A DNA stretch of 64,000 nt from Candidatus Nealsonbacteria bacterium (lineage in GTDB: Bacteria > Patescibacteriota > Minisyncoccia > Minisyncoccales > PWPS01), in NCBI GenBank assembly GCA_003551425.1, contig PUMP01000059.1, forward strand, positions 1,369 to 65,368. Direction: 5' to 3'. Position numbers and translations under genes: made by a program. Shown piece by piece: positions 32,208 to 41,053 of this stretch. Every line of letters begins with the position of its first letter. Position 1 is the stretch's first letter. A model generated the notes under the pieces. It was not told the DNA's origin and ran no database searches. It saw only the letters and a program-made list of their open reading frames with translations.

Positions 32208-35087
32208 TTAGAACTTAAAATCTAAATCAGAGATGTCCGGAGTTTCTTCCTTTTTCTTTGGAGAAGGGGGAGTCTCTTCTTCCTCCTCTTCCTCTTCTTC
32301 CTCTTCCTCTTCTTCATCTTCCCCCTCCTCTTCAGGCTCTTCTATTTCTTCCTCGCTTTCTTTTGCTTTTTCGTCATTTTCTTCTAATTTTTTTCTGTCC
32401 AGTTCTTCTCTATATTTATCTTCTTCCTCCTCTTCATCTTCTTCCTCCTCTTCTTCTGCCTCTTCCTCTTCTATGTCTTCATCATCATCTAGCACTTCCT
32501 CTTCTTCCGGCTCTTCTTCTGTTATTATCGACTCTTCTTCCTCTTCGCCCTTTACGGACTGCTCCAGCTCTCCTATCTCTTCTCGAAGCTCCGCTTCTCT
32601 TTTTTGAATAAGGTCGAATCCTTGTTTTTCTTTTTCAATTTCCGCCAATCTATTCTCTAACTTCCATATCTCCTTTTCTTTATCGCGCTTTTCTTCTTCT
32701 ACCTCCCATCTTTTTTCTTCTACTTTCTTTTTTTCTCCGGGATCTTCGATGTATTGCTCTTCTTCCTCTATGTCATCCATGCGACTTTTAATTTCTTCTT
32801 TGCTCTTCTTCATCTCTTCAAGAGATTCTTTTATTTGAGTTTCTTCATCAATTAATTTCTCGCTTTTTTCTTCTATTCTGCCCCTAATTGTTTGTACTCT
32901 TTTCAGTTCTTTCTTCTTTTGTTTTGCTTTCTCTGTCTTCTCTATATTTTCCTCTTTTACCGCAAGAGAACTTTCTTTCTTCTTTAACCTTTCTTCTTCG
33001 TTTAGTATTTGCTGGTAATGCAGTTCGGAAGCGTACAATTGTTCTTCAATCTTTTTAACTCTTTTTTGCAAGCCCCACTTTTCTTTTTCAATATCTCTTC
33101 TTTTTTCTTCTATCATCCATCTTTCTTTTTCTTTTTCCCTCCTTTCTTCTGTAGTTTTGGCTGACGATTCCTCTTTCTCAATCTTCTTTTTCCTGTCTTC
33201 TACCTCTTTCTCCCTTTCGAGCGTAATATTTAATTTTTCTTGAAGATGATCTTTCTTCTCTTTCGTTTTAGCTGTCTTTAAATCAAGACCCTTTCTTTCC
33301 TCTTTGATAGAACTTATTTTTTCTTTTATTTTTGCTCTTTCCAGTGAGACTTTTACCCTTTTTTCTTTCTGAGACAACTCTTTCCACCTTTCATGAACTC
33401 TTTTTTCTTTATTGGAGATTCTCCACTTTCTTGTGTGTGTTTGGCGGCTTCTTTTTTTTATTTCATTTAATCTTTCCTTGATGTCCCATATCTTTCTTTT
33501 AGCCTCTCTTATTTCTTCTTCTACCTCCCATCTGTTCTTTTCAATCTCACTTTTTTCCTCCGGGTTGTATGCTATTTTTTCTTTTGACTCGATATCATCC
33601 CTCTTTCTTTCAATATATCTTTCTTCTTTATAAGCTTCTTCTAGCTTTCTTTCGCTCACTTTTTCTTTCTGTGAAAGCTTATCTGCCTCAATCTCTAAGA
33701 GCTTTCTTTCTTCTCGCAAGTCGTAGAATTGGTCACTTAACTTTTCTTTTAATAGTTCTATCTTCTCCAAGTGAAGTTCTTTTTTTTGTACCGAGGAAAG
33801 AGTTTCATCTTGTAAGCCAATAGCGATCTCCCTTTCTTTTCTCTTAATATTTCTTTCTCTTTCTCTTTCTTCTTTTCTTTTTTGCAACTCTTCTTCTTTT
33901 TTTCTTATAAGCTTCTCTTGTTTATTGATTTTCTCTAACCCTTTTTCGGTGTCACTTAGCTCTTTTTCCATGTCCCATCTCTCTTTCTCTATGTTTCTTC
34001 TTTTTTCTTCTATACTCCACCCTCTTTCGGTTAATTCCTTTTCTTCGCCCGTCCCCTTTGCAATGCTCTCCTCTTTTTTAATACTGCTCTTTTTACTCTC
34101 TATCTCTTTTTCTTTCTCTTTTATTTCTTTTAATTTATCTGAAAGCTCTATTCTTCTTGCAAGAAGATTCTCTTTCTCTTCTTTAAGAGATTCTTTTTTT
34201 TCGGTTATTTTTTCTTCGAGATCACCTGCCGGTATTTTTTCTTCTTTCTCTAGAGGAGTCTTTGTTTCTTCCCTTGCTTTTACTTCTCTTATCTCGTCTT
34301 CTTTTTCTTGCAGCTTTTCAATCTCTTCTCCAAGCTCTTCCAATCGATTGGTTGCTTTTTCAATCTTTTCTCTTGCAGCGGCAACCTCTTCTTCTTTTTG
34401 CCACCTTTCTTCTTCTATTTTTTTTCTTTCGTCTTCTATCTTCCACCTTTCCTCCTTAAGTTTCTTTTTTTTGGAAAAGTCTTTTTCTATTTCTTCTTTT
34501 TTTTCCAGGTCTCTTTCTTTTTTTTCAATTGTTTTTTCTTTCTCTTTTATTTCTCTTAGCCTTTCTTTTATTTTTTTCTCCTCGCTAACCAATGATTTTT
34601 TTTCTTTAAGAAGAAGATTCCCTTCCTTTTCTTTCTTCTTTATTTTTTCTTCAATTTGTTCTCCCTCTGTTTCTTTTTGGTCTTTTTGATCTTTTTCAAG
34701 TTTTTGCTCTTCTTCTTTCTTCTTTTTCTTAAGCTCTTCTCTCTCTTGCCTTAAAGAGCTTATTTGTTTTTCTACTTCTTCAACCTTACTTTCCCAGTTC
34801 CAACGCTCTTTTTCGATGTCTTTTCTTTTGTCTTCAACTCTCCATCTTTCTTCGCTTATTTTCTTTTTTTCTTTCTCGTCTTTTGTTTTTTCTCCCTGCT
34901 CTTCTATCTCTTTTTCTTTATCCTCTATCTCTCTTTCTTTTTTGGTTATAAGGTTGAGGCTTTTTTTAATTTGCTCTTTCTTTTCCGTAGCGCTGGCAAT
35001 GTTAACTTCTAGCTCTTCAAGCTTTTTTTCCAGCTCTTTTAATTTATTGTTTTTTTCTTCCAAGTTATTATTGTTTGAATTTATCAT
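32208..35087 (-). CDS. Giant Glu/Lys-rich coiled-coil protein (959 aa) with six W-x13-W motif units and a poly-acidic tail
   Basis: Uninterrupted 959-codon frame, whereas antisense frames are fragmented. The motif 'ERW.[IV]E[ED][KE]R[KR].IEKE[RK]W' occurs at W82/96, 215/229, 357/371, 520/534, 657/671 and 794/808. Confidence 0.7.
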   Translation of the reverse strand: MINSNNNNLEEKNNKLKELEKKLEELEVNIASATEKKEQIKKSLNLITKKEREIEDKEKEIEEQGEKTKDEKEKKKISEERWRVEDKRKDIEKERWNWESKVEEVEKQISSLRQEREELKKKKKEEEQKLEKDQKDQKETEGEQIEEKIKKKEKEGNLLLKEKKSLVSEEKKIKERLREIKEKEKTIEKKERDLEKKEEIEKDFSKKKKLKEERWKIEDERKKIEEERWQKEEEVAAAREKIEKATNRLEELGEEIEKLQEKEDEIREVKAREETKTPLEKEEKIPAGDLEEKITEKKESLKEEKENLLARRIELSDKLKEIKEKEKEIESKKSSIKKEESIAKGTGEEKELTERGWSIEEKRRNIEKERWDMEKELSDTEKGLEKINKQEKLIRKKEEELQKRKEERERERNIKRKEREIAIGLQDETLSSVQKKELHLEKIELLKEKLSDQFYDLREERKLLEIEADKLSQKEKVSERKLEEAYKEERYIERKRDDIESKEKIAYNPEEKSEIEKNRWEVEEEIREAKRKIWDIKERLNEIKKRSRQTHTRKWRISNKEKRVHERWKELSQKEKRVKVSLERAKIKEKISSIKEERKGLDLKTAKTKEKKDHLQEKLNITLEREKEVEDRKKKIEKEESSAKTTEERREKEKERWMIEEKRRDIEKEKWGLQKRVKKIEEQLYASELHYQQILNEEERLKKKESSLAVKEENIEKTEKAKQKKKELKRVQTIRGRIEEKSEKLIDEETQIKESLEEMKKSKEEIKSRMDDIEEEEQYIEDPGEKKKVEEKRWEVEEEKRDKEKEIWKLENRLAEIEKEKQGFDLIQKREAELREEIGELEQSVKGEEEEESIITEEEPEEEEVLDDDEDIEEEEAEEEEEEDEEEEEDKYREELDRKKLEENDEKAKESEEEIEEPEEEGEDEEEEEEEEEEEEEETPPSPKKKEETPDISDLDFKF

Positions 35088-35099
35088 GAGCCAAAAACC

Positions 35100-37358
35100 T
35101 TAAGAAATTACTTTTTGAAGTTCGTTTGTTATTTTTTTTGCAATTTCCGCAAACCTTTCTTCAAGAACTTCACTGTCTTTCTCTTTCTCCATCATTGTTT
35201 CTGTCTTCTTTTTTTCTTTCTCCAGAGAGATTAACTGTTCCTTGTCTTTAAAGCTTTCTTTCTCTTTGCTTAATTTATCTTCTTCTTCCGATATTTGCTT
35301 GTACTGTGATTCTATTTTTTTCTGAAGGTTTTCCATTTCTCTTATCTTTTCCTGGAGCTTCCATTTTAAGCTCTCTATTTCTCTTCTCTTGTCTTCTAGC
35401 TGCCATCTCTTCTTTGTCTCATCCTTTCTTTCTTTTGAGTTAATATCCATTGTCTCTATTTTATCTTCCATCCATCTTATTTGTTCTTCAACCTCGCTCT
35501 CATTTTTCATTATATCTCTTAATTTTTCTTCACTTTCTTTCTTCCTCTCTTGTAGTTGCCTTTTTTTCTTATCAAGAATTTCTCTTTTTTTCTTAAGCTC
35601 TTCTTCCCTTTCTCTTATCTTCTCCCTTCTTCCCTCCATCTCCATCCACTCCAAAAGCTTAGAGGCAAGATCTTTTTCTTTATCGTGCATATTTTCTTTT
35701 TCTTCCATCAATCTATCATATCTTTTCTCCATCTCTTTCCTTTCTTTTGTAACATTGTTTAATTTTTCTTGGATGTCCAAAGATTCTTTTTCCACGGCTC
35801 TTCTTTTTTCTCCTATTTCCCACCTTTTCTTTTCCATCTCTCTTACTTCTTGAGGGTCCTTTGCTGTTCTTTCTCTTTCTTCGATATCTTCTTTCTCTTT
35901 CTTCATCTGTTTTTCTTTTTCATAAACTTCGTTGAGCTCTCCTTTGATCTCTCTTTCTTTTTCCAAGGGAGCCTTTAAATCTCTCTTAATCTCTTTCTTT
36001 TTTTCTATCGTCTCACAGATAGCGCCTAAAAGATCTATTCTGTTTATGACTATCTGTTTTCTGTATCGGGGGTCTCTTAAAAGAAACTCTTTTCTTTTAA
36101 GGGAAATGAAGCGCTTTTTCTCTTCAATCTGCTCTTTCTCTTTTGCTCTTTTTTCCTTTTCTTTGTTTAGGGCATCTTCTGCGGCGGTGGTTCTTTCTTG
36201 AAAAGCTTTTTCATTTTGCCGTATCTCTTTTTTAAGTGACTCTATTTTTTCTTTTAGAGAAGTACTTTTGCCTTCAATTATCTTTATTTTCTCTTTTGTT
36301 TTTTTAATTTTTTCCTGCCACTCCCAAGCCTCTTCTTTGACTTGTTTCTTTTTCTCTTCGATCCTCCATCTTTCACTTTCAAGTTCCTCTAGCTCTTTGC
36401 TATCCTCTGTTTTCCCCGTTCTTTCTTTTATGTCTAAAAATCTTTCCTTTATGTTTTTATCTACTTGGATAATTTTCTTTAACTTGTCTTTTGCTCTTTT
36501 TTCACGAGCTTGAAGCAGTCCTATTATTTGTTCGTAAAAATTATTTTTCTTTTCTAGAAATCTTATTTTGCTTTGAGGTATGAGGATAGAAAGCTTAAGA
36601 CCCAAAGCCTCTCTTTCCACCTTTATTATCTCGGCTTTTCTCTTTGCTCTTTCTTCTTTTATATCACAAAGGAGTTGCCTTAACTCAAGAGATTGTATTC
36701 CTTTTTTAATTTGAATTATTTTTTCTTCTATTTCCCAGCTTATTCTACTCGCTTCTCTTTCTTTTCTGCTTATCTCTTCTTCTTTTCTTTCAAGGTCTTC
36801 CTGTCTTTCAGGGCTTTGTGCCGCCACTTTCATCTCTTTTATCTTTTCTTTTTGCGTCTTTATCTTTGTTTCCTTTGATTTTACAACGCCTTTTTTCTCT
36901 TCCAGCTTTATAATGTTCTTTTTTGCAAAGTTATTCTTTAGCTCGAGAGATTTTCTTTCTTTTAACACCTCTTCCAGTAGCTGGTTGTTTCTTTCTTGCT
37001 CTTGTCTTTTTTCTTCAATTTTTCTTTTGGTTGCTTCTATTTTATCCTTTACGGACTCTTTTATCCCTTGTCTTGTTTTTTCAATATTTTTTATCCACTC
37101 TTCTTTTTCTTCCTTTTCAATCTTTCTTATTTTATTTTCTTCCTCCAGTCTTGCTTGCCTTTTTTCTTCCTCTTTTCTTTTTTCTTCTTCTCTTATTATT
37201 TCTTCTTCTTTCTTTTTGTCTTCTTCACTTTTCTTTTGCGTTCCTTTCTGCGGGGGTTTGGATTGTTGAGCCACGTCTTTTTTTCCTCCTGTCTTGGCAA
37301 GTAAAAGGTCCTTTTTCATCGTCCTAATCTCTTGTGTGGTGTCTTTATTTTCTTCCAT
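35100..37358 (-). CDS. Giant Glu/Lys-rich coiled-coil protein (752 aa), paralog of the downstream gene
   Basis: The same motif occurs: 'SERWRIEEKKKQVKEEAW' (W331/345) and 'KKRWQLEDKRREIESLKW' (W652/666), with degenerate copies at W208 and W513. There is no TM or signal peptide. Confidence 0.7.
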   Translation of the reverse strand: MEENKDTTQEIRTMKKDLLLAKTGGKKDVAQQSKPPQKGTQKKSEEDKKKEEEIIREEEKRKEEEKRQARLEEENKIRKIEKEEKEEWIKNIEKTRQGIKESVKDKIEATKRKIEEKRQEQERNNQLLEEVLKERKSLELKNNFAKKNIIKLEEKKGVVKSKETKIKTQKEKIKEMKVAAQSPERQEDLERKEEEISRKEREASRISWEIEEKIIQIKKGIQSLELRQLLCDIKEERAKRKAEIIKVEREALGLKLSILIPQSKIRFLEKKNNFYEQIIGLLQAREKRAKDKLKKIIQVDKNIKERFLDIKERTGKTEDSKELEELESERWRIEEKKKQVKEEAWEWQEKIKKTKEKIKIIEGKSTSLKEKIESLKKEIRQNEKAFQERTTAAEDALNKEKEKRAKEKEQIEEKKRFISLKRKEFLLRDPRYRKQIVINRIDLLGAICETIEKKKEIKRDLKAPLEKEREIKGELNEVYEKEKQMKKEKEDIEERERTAKDPQEVREMEKKRWEIGEKRRAVEKESLDIQEKLNNVTKERKEMEKRYDRLMEEKENMHDKEKDLASKLLEWMEMEGRREKIREREEELKKKREILDKKKRQLQERKKESEEKLRDIMKNESEVEEQIRWMEDKIETMDINSKERKDETKKRWQLEDKRREIESLKWKLQEKIREMENLQKKIESQYKQISEEEDKLSKEKESFKDKEQLISLEKEKKKTETMMEKEKDSEVLEERFAEIAKKITNELQKVIS

Positions 37359-37366
37359 GGAAAGAA

Positions 37367-39460
37367 TTATTTTTTATCTTCTTTTGCTTTTTTAATGGAA
37401 AGGCTTATTTTCCCACTTTCTTCTTTTTTGATTACTTTAACGGGGACTACTTGTCCTTTTTCAAGTTCGCTTTCTACTGATTCTATTCGGTGTGGAGCAA
37501 TTTCTGAGATGTGGCAAAGCCCTTCGTGTCCGGGGAGAATCTCGATTACAGCACCGAAATCAAATATTTTAATCACCTTTCCTTTGAAGACTTCTCCTTC
37601 CTTGACTTCTCGGGTGAGATCTTTGATTCGAGAAACAGCTTTTTCAATAGCTTCTTCGTTTTCTGAGGTTATGGAGATGAGGCCGGAGTCTTCGATATCA
37701 ATGGCAACGCCCGTTTCTTCCATGATCTCGTTTATCGTTTTTCCCTTGGGTCCAATTATGACACCTATTTTCTCTGAATCAACCTTAATGGTCGCGATGC
37801 GGGGAGCGTAAGGGGAAAGTTCTTCTCTCGGCTCTTTGATGGTCTTTCCCATTTCTTCCAGAAGATAAAGACGAGTCTCTTTGCCTCTTTCTAAGGCCTC
37901 TTTAATCATCTCTTTTGTAATGCCTTCTATTTTTACGTCCATCTGAATAGCCGTTACGCCGTCTTTTGTTCCCGCTACTTTAAAATCCATGTCTCCGTAG
38001 TGATCTTCGGGACCTTGAATATCGGTAAGTATTTTGTACTCTCCTTCTTCATTTGAAACAAGACCGATAGAGATTCCCGCCACGGGCTTTTTAATGGGAA
38101 CTCCGGCGTCCATAAGGGCAAGAACGGTGCTACACACGGAAGCCATGGAAGTGGATCCGTTAGAAGAGAGTATCTCCGAAACGGAACGTATAGTGTAGGG
38201 AAACTCTTCTATATCGGGGATAAGAGGAAGAATCGCTTTTTCCGCAAGCATGCCATGGCCGATATCTCTTCTTCCCGGTCCACGAACGGGCTTTACTTCT
38301 CCTACCGAGTAGGGAGGGAAGTTATAGTGATGCATAAAGCGTTTTTTCCCGGAAAGCTCCATCTCTTCGATTAGTTGCTGCTCTCCCGGAGCTCCTAGGG
38401 TTATAATGGAAAGTGACCTGGTTTTTCCTCTTCTAAAGATTCCCGAGCCGTGAGTACGGGGAAGAATAGCAACGGCGGTGCCTATCTCTCGCACCTCGTT
38501 CATTTTTCTTGCATCGGGACGATCTTCTTCTTTTAATATCTTCTCTCTTATTATTTCTTCTATCTTTTCGTCCATATAGGAGAGGGCGTAATCTTTTTCT
38601 TTGTCCTCGTAATTTTCTTTTATAAAAAGGGAGAGGTCTTTTTTAAGGGATTTTATTTTATCTCCTCTTCCTTCTTTCTTCGCAAAGACATCGCTCATTC
38701 CTTCCTTAACTTTTTCCGCGACCACTTTCTTTACTTCTTCGTCTTGGAAAAGAGGGGGAGGCATAATCTTTTCTTTACCTTTTTCTTTCCTTATTTTCTC
38801 TTGAAAAGAGCAGATCTGTTTTATTGGATCTTCTGCAAACTGAAAAGCATCTTCTATCGCTTTTTCTTCTGTCTCTTCAAAGAAACCCTCTATCATATTG
38901 GTTATGAGAACTCCTTCTTTATTGATAAAGCCACTTATTATTATATCTATCTCTCCTTCGTCTCTTTCCAAGTAAGTGGGATTTAAGATGTGATTTTCTT
39001 TTTTACCCACTCTTATCGATCCAAGGGGTCCGTTCCAGGGAATATCGGATACTTCGAGAGCAACGGAAGCAGCGATCATTCCCAAAACACCCGGATCGTT
39101 TTCTTCATCCCAAGAAAGGCAAGTTACAATTACTTGTACTTCTTTCTTTAGTTCTTTGGGAAACTTGGGGCGAATAGCACGATCGATCATGCGAGAGATT
39201 AAAGTTGCTCTGTCGGAAGGCTTTCCCTCTCTTCTTGTATAGCGAGGACCGCTTATCTTCCCGGCGGCGTAAAATTTTTCCTCGTAGCTTACCGAAAGCG
39301 GAAAGAAATCTTTTTCCGTGTCTTCTTCGGCAAGAGTTACGGTGGCGAAGACGACCGTATCTCCGTAACGGACCATAGCCTCACCGTTTGCTTGTTCTGC
39401 TAAGCTGCTTAAAGAGATAATCAAATTACGATTTCCCAGTGGTAGATTGTATTCATTCAT
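37367..39460 (-). CDS. pnp: Polyribonucleotide nucleotidyltransferase (PNPase)
   Basis: 697 aa with two RNase PH domains, a KH domain ('IGPKGKTINEI') and an S1 domain ('GEVFKGKVIKIFDFGAVIEILPG.EGLCHISE'). Confidence 0.95.
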   Translation of the reverse strand: MNEYNLPLGNRNLIISLSSLAEQANGEAMVRYGDTVVFATVTLAEEDTEKDFFPLSVSYEEKFYAAGKISGPRYTRREGKPSDRATLISRMIDRAIRPKFPKELKKEVQVIVTCLSWDEENDPGVLGMIAASVALEVSDIPWNGPLGSIRVGKKENHILNPTYLERDEGEIDIIISGFINKEGVLITNMIEGFFEETEEKAIEDAFQFAEDPIKQICSFQEKIRKEKGKEKIMPPPLFQDEEVKKVVAEKVKEGMSDVFAKKEGRGDKIKSLKKDLSLFIKENYEDKEKDYALSYMDEKIEEIIREKILKEEDRPDARKMNEVREIGTAVAILPRTHGSGIFRRGKTRSLSIITLGAPGEQQLIEEMELSGKKRFMHHYNFPPYSVGEVKPVRGPGRRDIGHGMLAEKAILPLIPDIEEFPYTIRSVSEILSSNGSTSMASVCSTVLALMDAGVPIKKPVAGISIGLVSNEEGEYKILTDIQGPEDHYGDMDFKVAGTKDGVTAIQMDVKIEGITKEMIKEALERGKETRLYLLEEMGKTIKEPREELSPYAPRIATIKVDSEKIGVIIGPKGKTINEIMEETGVAIDIEDSGLISITSENEEAIEKAVSRIKDLTREVKEGEVFKGKVIKIFDFGAVIEILPGHEGLCHISEIAPHRIESVESELEKGQVVPVKVIKKEESGKISLSIKKAKEDKK

Positions 39461-39968
39461 TTCCTTTTTTCTTTAATAAAAATTTTTTTGTACTCTTTTC
39501 TAAATCTATGAATTCGTCCGCTACCTCTTTCAGTTTTGCGGAAGCGGACCTTTCAAAGGCCATTATTTCCACTCTTTTTCCTTGATTTTTCAGGTATTCT
39601 ACGAGGGGAATAAAATCACCATCACCCGTGACAAGAACGATAGAGTCTACTGCAGGGGACAAGCGAACGGCGTCTATTACAATTCCAACGTCCCAGTCTC
39701 CTTTTTTGAATCCTCCGTAGAATTCTTGTAAGTCTTTTATCCTTGTTTCTATTCCTAAATTAGTGAGAGCTTCGAAAAAAGCCTTTTCTTCGCCGGTCTT
39801 GGTCCTTATTACATAAGCAAAAGAGCGAATAAGGTTTCTTTTGCTTACTGCCTTCTCCACTATTGCGCTAAAATCAACACGTGAGTTATAGAGATTTTTT
39901 GCCGAGTGATAAAGGTTTTGCACATCGATGAAAATTGCGACGCGCTGACCTTTGTGTTTAATAAGCAT
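39453..39968 (-). CDS. NYN/LabA-like (DUF88) putative RNase-fold protein
   Basis: 'VAIFIDVQNLYHSA' and 'VLVTGDGDFIPLVEYLKNQGKRVEIMAF' are NYN/LabA signatures. It lies 1 nt after rpsO and overlaps pnp by 8 nt. Confidence 0.75.
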   Translation of the reverse strand: MLIKHKGQRVAIFIDVQNLYHSAKNLYNSRVDFSAIVEKAVSKRNLIRSFAYVIRTKTGEEKAFFEALTNLGIETRIKDLQEFYGGFKKGDWDVGIVIDAVRLSPAVDSIVLVTGDGDFIPLVEYLKNQGKRVEIMAFERSASAKLKEVADEFIDLEKSTKKFLLKKKGNE

Positions 39969-39969
39969 G

Positions 39970-40224
39970 TTATTTTTTTAAGCCCAGTTTTTGAGTGAGC
40001 TTATTGTATCTTTCTTCGTCTTTTTTACGCAGATAAGAAAGAAGCTTTCTCCTTCTATTAACGGCTTTCAAAAGCCCTTGCTTGGAGTGCTGATCTTTCG
40101 GGTTCTCCTTAAAATGAGGAAAGAGTTTTTTTATCTTTGCCGAAAGTAAAGCGATTTGAGCTTCCGAACTGCCGGTATCTTTGTATTCTTTTAATATTTC
40201 TTCTTTTTCTTCTTTGGTAAGCAT
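39970..40224 (-). CDS. rpsO: 30S ribosomal protein S15
   Basis: 84 aa with '[47 protein letters not shown]'. Confidence 0.9.
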   Translation of the reverse strand: MLTKEEKEEILKEYKDTGSSEAQIALLSAKIKKLFPHFKENPKDQHSKQGLLKAVNRRRKLLSYLRKKDEERYNKLTQKLGLKK

Positions 40225-40251
40225 ATTTTTAAGATTAATTTATCTCTCTAG

Positions 40252-40324
<73 letters not shown>

Positions 40325-40341
40325 AAATCAAACAAAGCAGC

Positions 40342-40854
40342 TTAATCTTCTTCTATCGTACAATCTATTTTATAAATCCCCTCATCCCACCAGTCTTCAA
40401 ACCCCCAGCTGTCTTCTTCCGTCATTCCCATACCTTCAAGAATAAGCCCTACTGTGACCCATGCGGTGTAAGCGATAAGAACGCCGGCGATAGCTACAAG
40501 GATAACAGTTCTTCCTTTTTTATATCCCTCGGGATTGGCAGAGTTCGTATAAAGCGTGATTCCACCGAAGATTATAAGGATAATGGCGGCTGCGGGAATC
40601 ATTCTTGTCATAAAGAAATCGACTACATTGCCGAAAATTACAAACAAGTGGCATAACTGACAGTCCGGCAAATGATCTTCGGGTCCGCAAGGAACAAGCC
40701 CGACACTGACATCATAACATGTACTGTCATGCCAATGATATCCTGCCTCTTCACACTCTTCTTTGGTGTTAAGGCCCTCAACCTCGTAATTTGCCAAGGC
40801 AAGAAGGGGAAGAGCCATGAAAAGAAGAACAACTATCAATATCCTTTTTAGCAT
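40342..40854 (-). CDS. Secreted 'LVPCG'-type pilin-like protein (170 aa)
   Basis: Signal peptide, a Cys-rich head, then 'GLVPCG......C.LCHLFVIFGNVVDFFMTRMIPAAAIILIIFGGITLYTNSANPEGYKKGRTVILVAIAGVLIAYTAW'. This is the same module as the C-terminus of the 1032-aa protein. The tail is Trp-rich, 'WGFEDWWDEG'. Confidence 0.6.
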   Translation of the reverse strand: MLKRILIVVLLFMALPLLALANYEVEGLNTKEECEEAGYHWHDSTCYDVSVGLVPCGPEDHLPDCQLCHLFVIFGNVVDFFMTRMIPAAAIILIIFGGITLYTNSANPEGYKKGRTVILVAIAGVLIAYTAWVTVGLILEGMGMTEEDSWGFEDWWDEGIYKIDCTIEED

Positions 40855-40917
40855 TTGGTAATTATAATCTTTTTTAACAAAAAATCAAAGGGCGCTTTTT
40901 CTAAAGGCTTAACTTTG

Positions 40918-40991
40918 TACCCCGGGAGGGATTCGAACCCCCAACCTGCGGTTCCGAAGACCGACGCTCTATCCAGTTGAGCTACCGGGGC
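40918..40991 (-). tRNA. tRNA-Arg(TCG)
   Basis: Acceptor GCCCCGG/CCGGGGT (G1:U72), anticodon loop CTTCGGA, T-loop TTCGAAT. Confidence 0.82.
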
Positions 40992-41053
40992 ATTATCCGT
41001 TAATTCTACAAGTTGTAATTGAAAAAAACAAGCGTTTAAGCTACAATAAACTG

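Noticed and set aside
32233-37327. Many plus-strand Ser/Phe/Leu-rich ORFs, for example 32233..32607, 33925..34689, 35389..35853 and 36913..37327.
   Set aside because: They are antisense shadows of the GAA/AAG-rich minus-strand genes. The minus strand carries uninterrupted 959- and 752-codon frames, whereas the plus-strand frames are short and fragmented.
32208-37358. Possible CRISPR array or non-coding tandem repeat, suggested by the periodic purine-rich sequence.
   Set aside because: There are no exact direct repeats with unique spacers. The periodicity is codon-level (GAA/AAA/AAG) inside long open frames, and the recurrence is at the protein-motif level with variable spacing.
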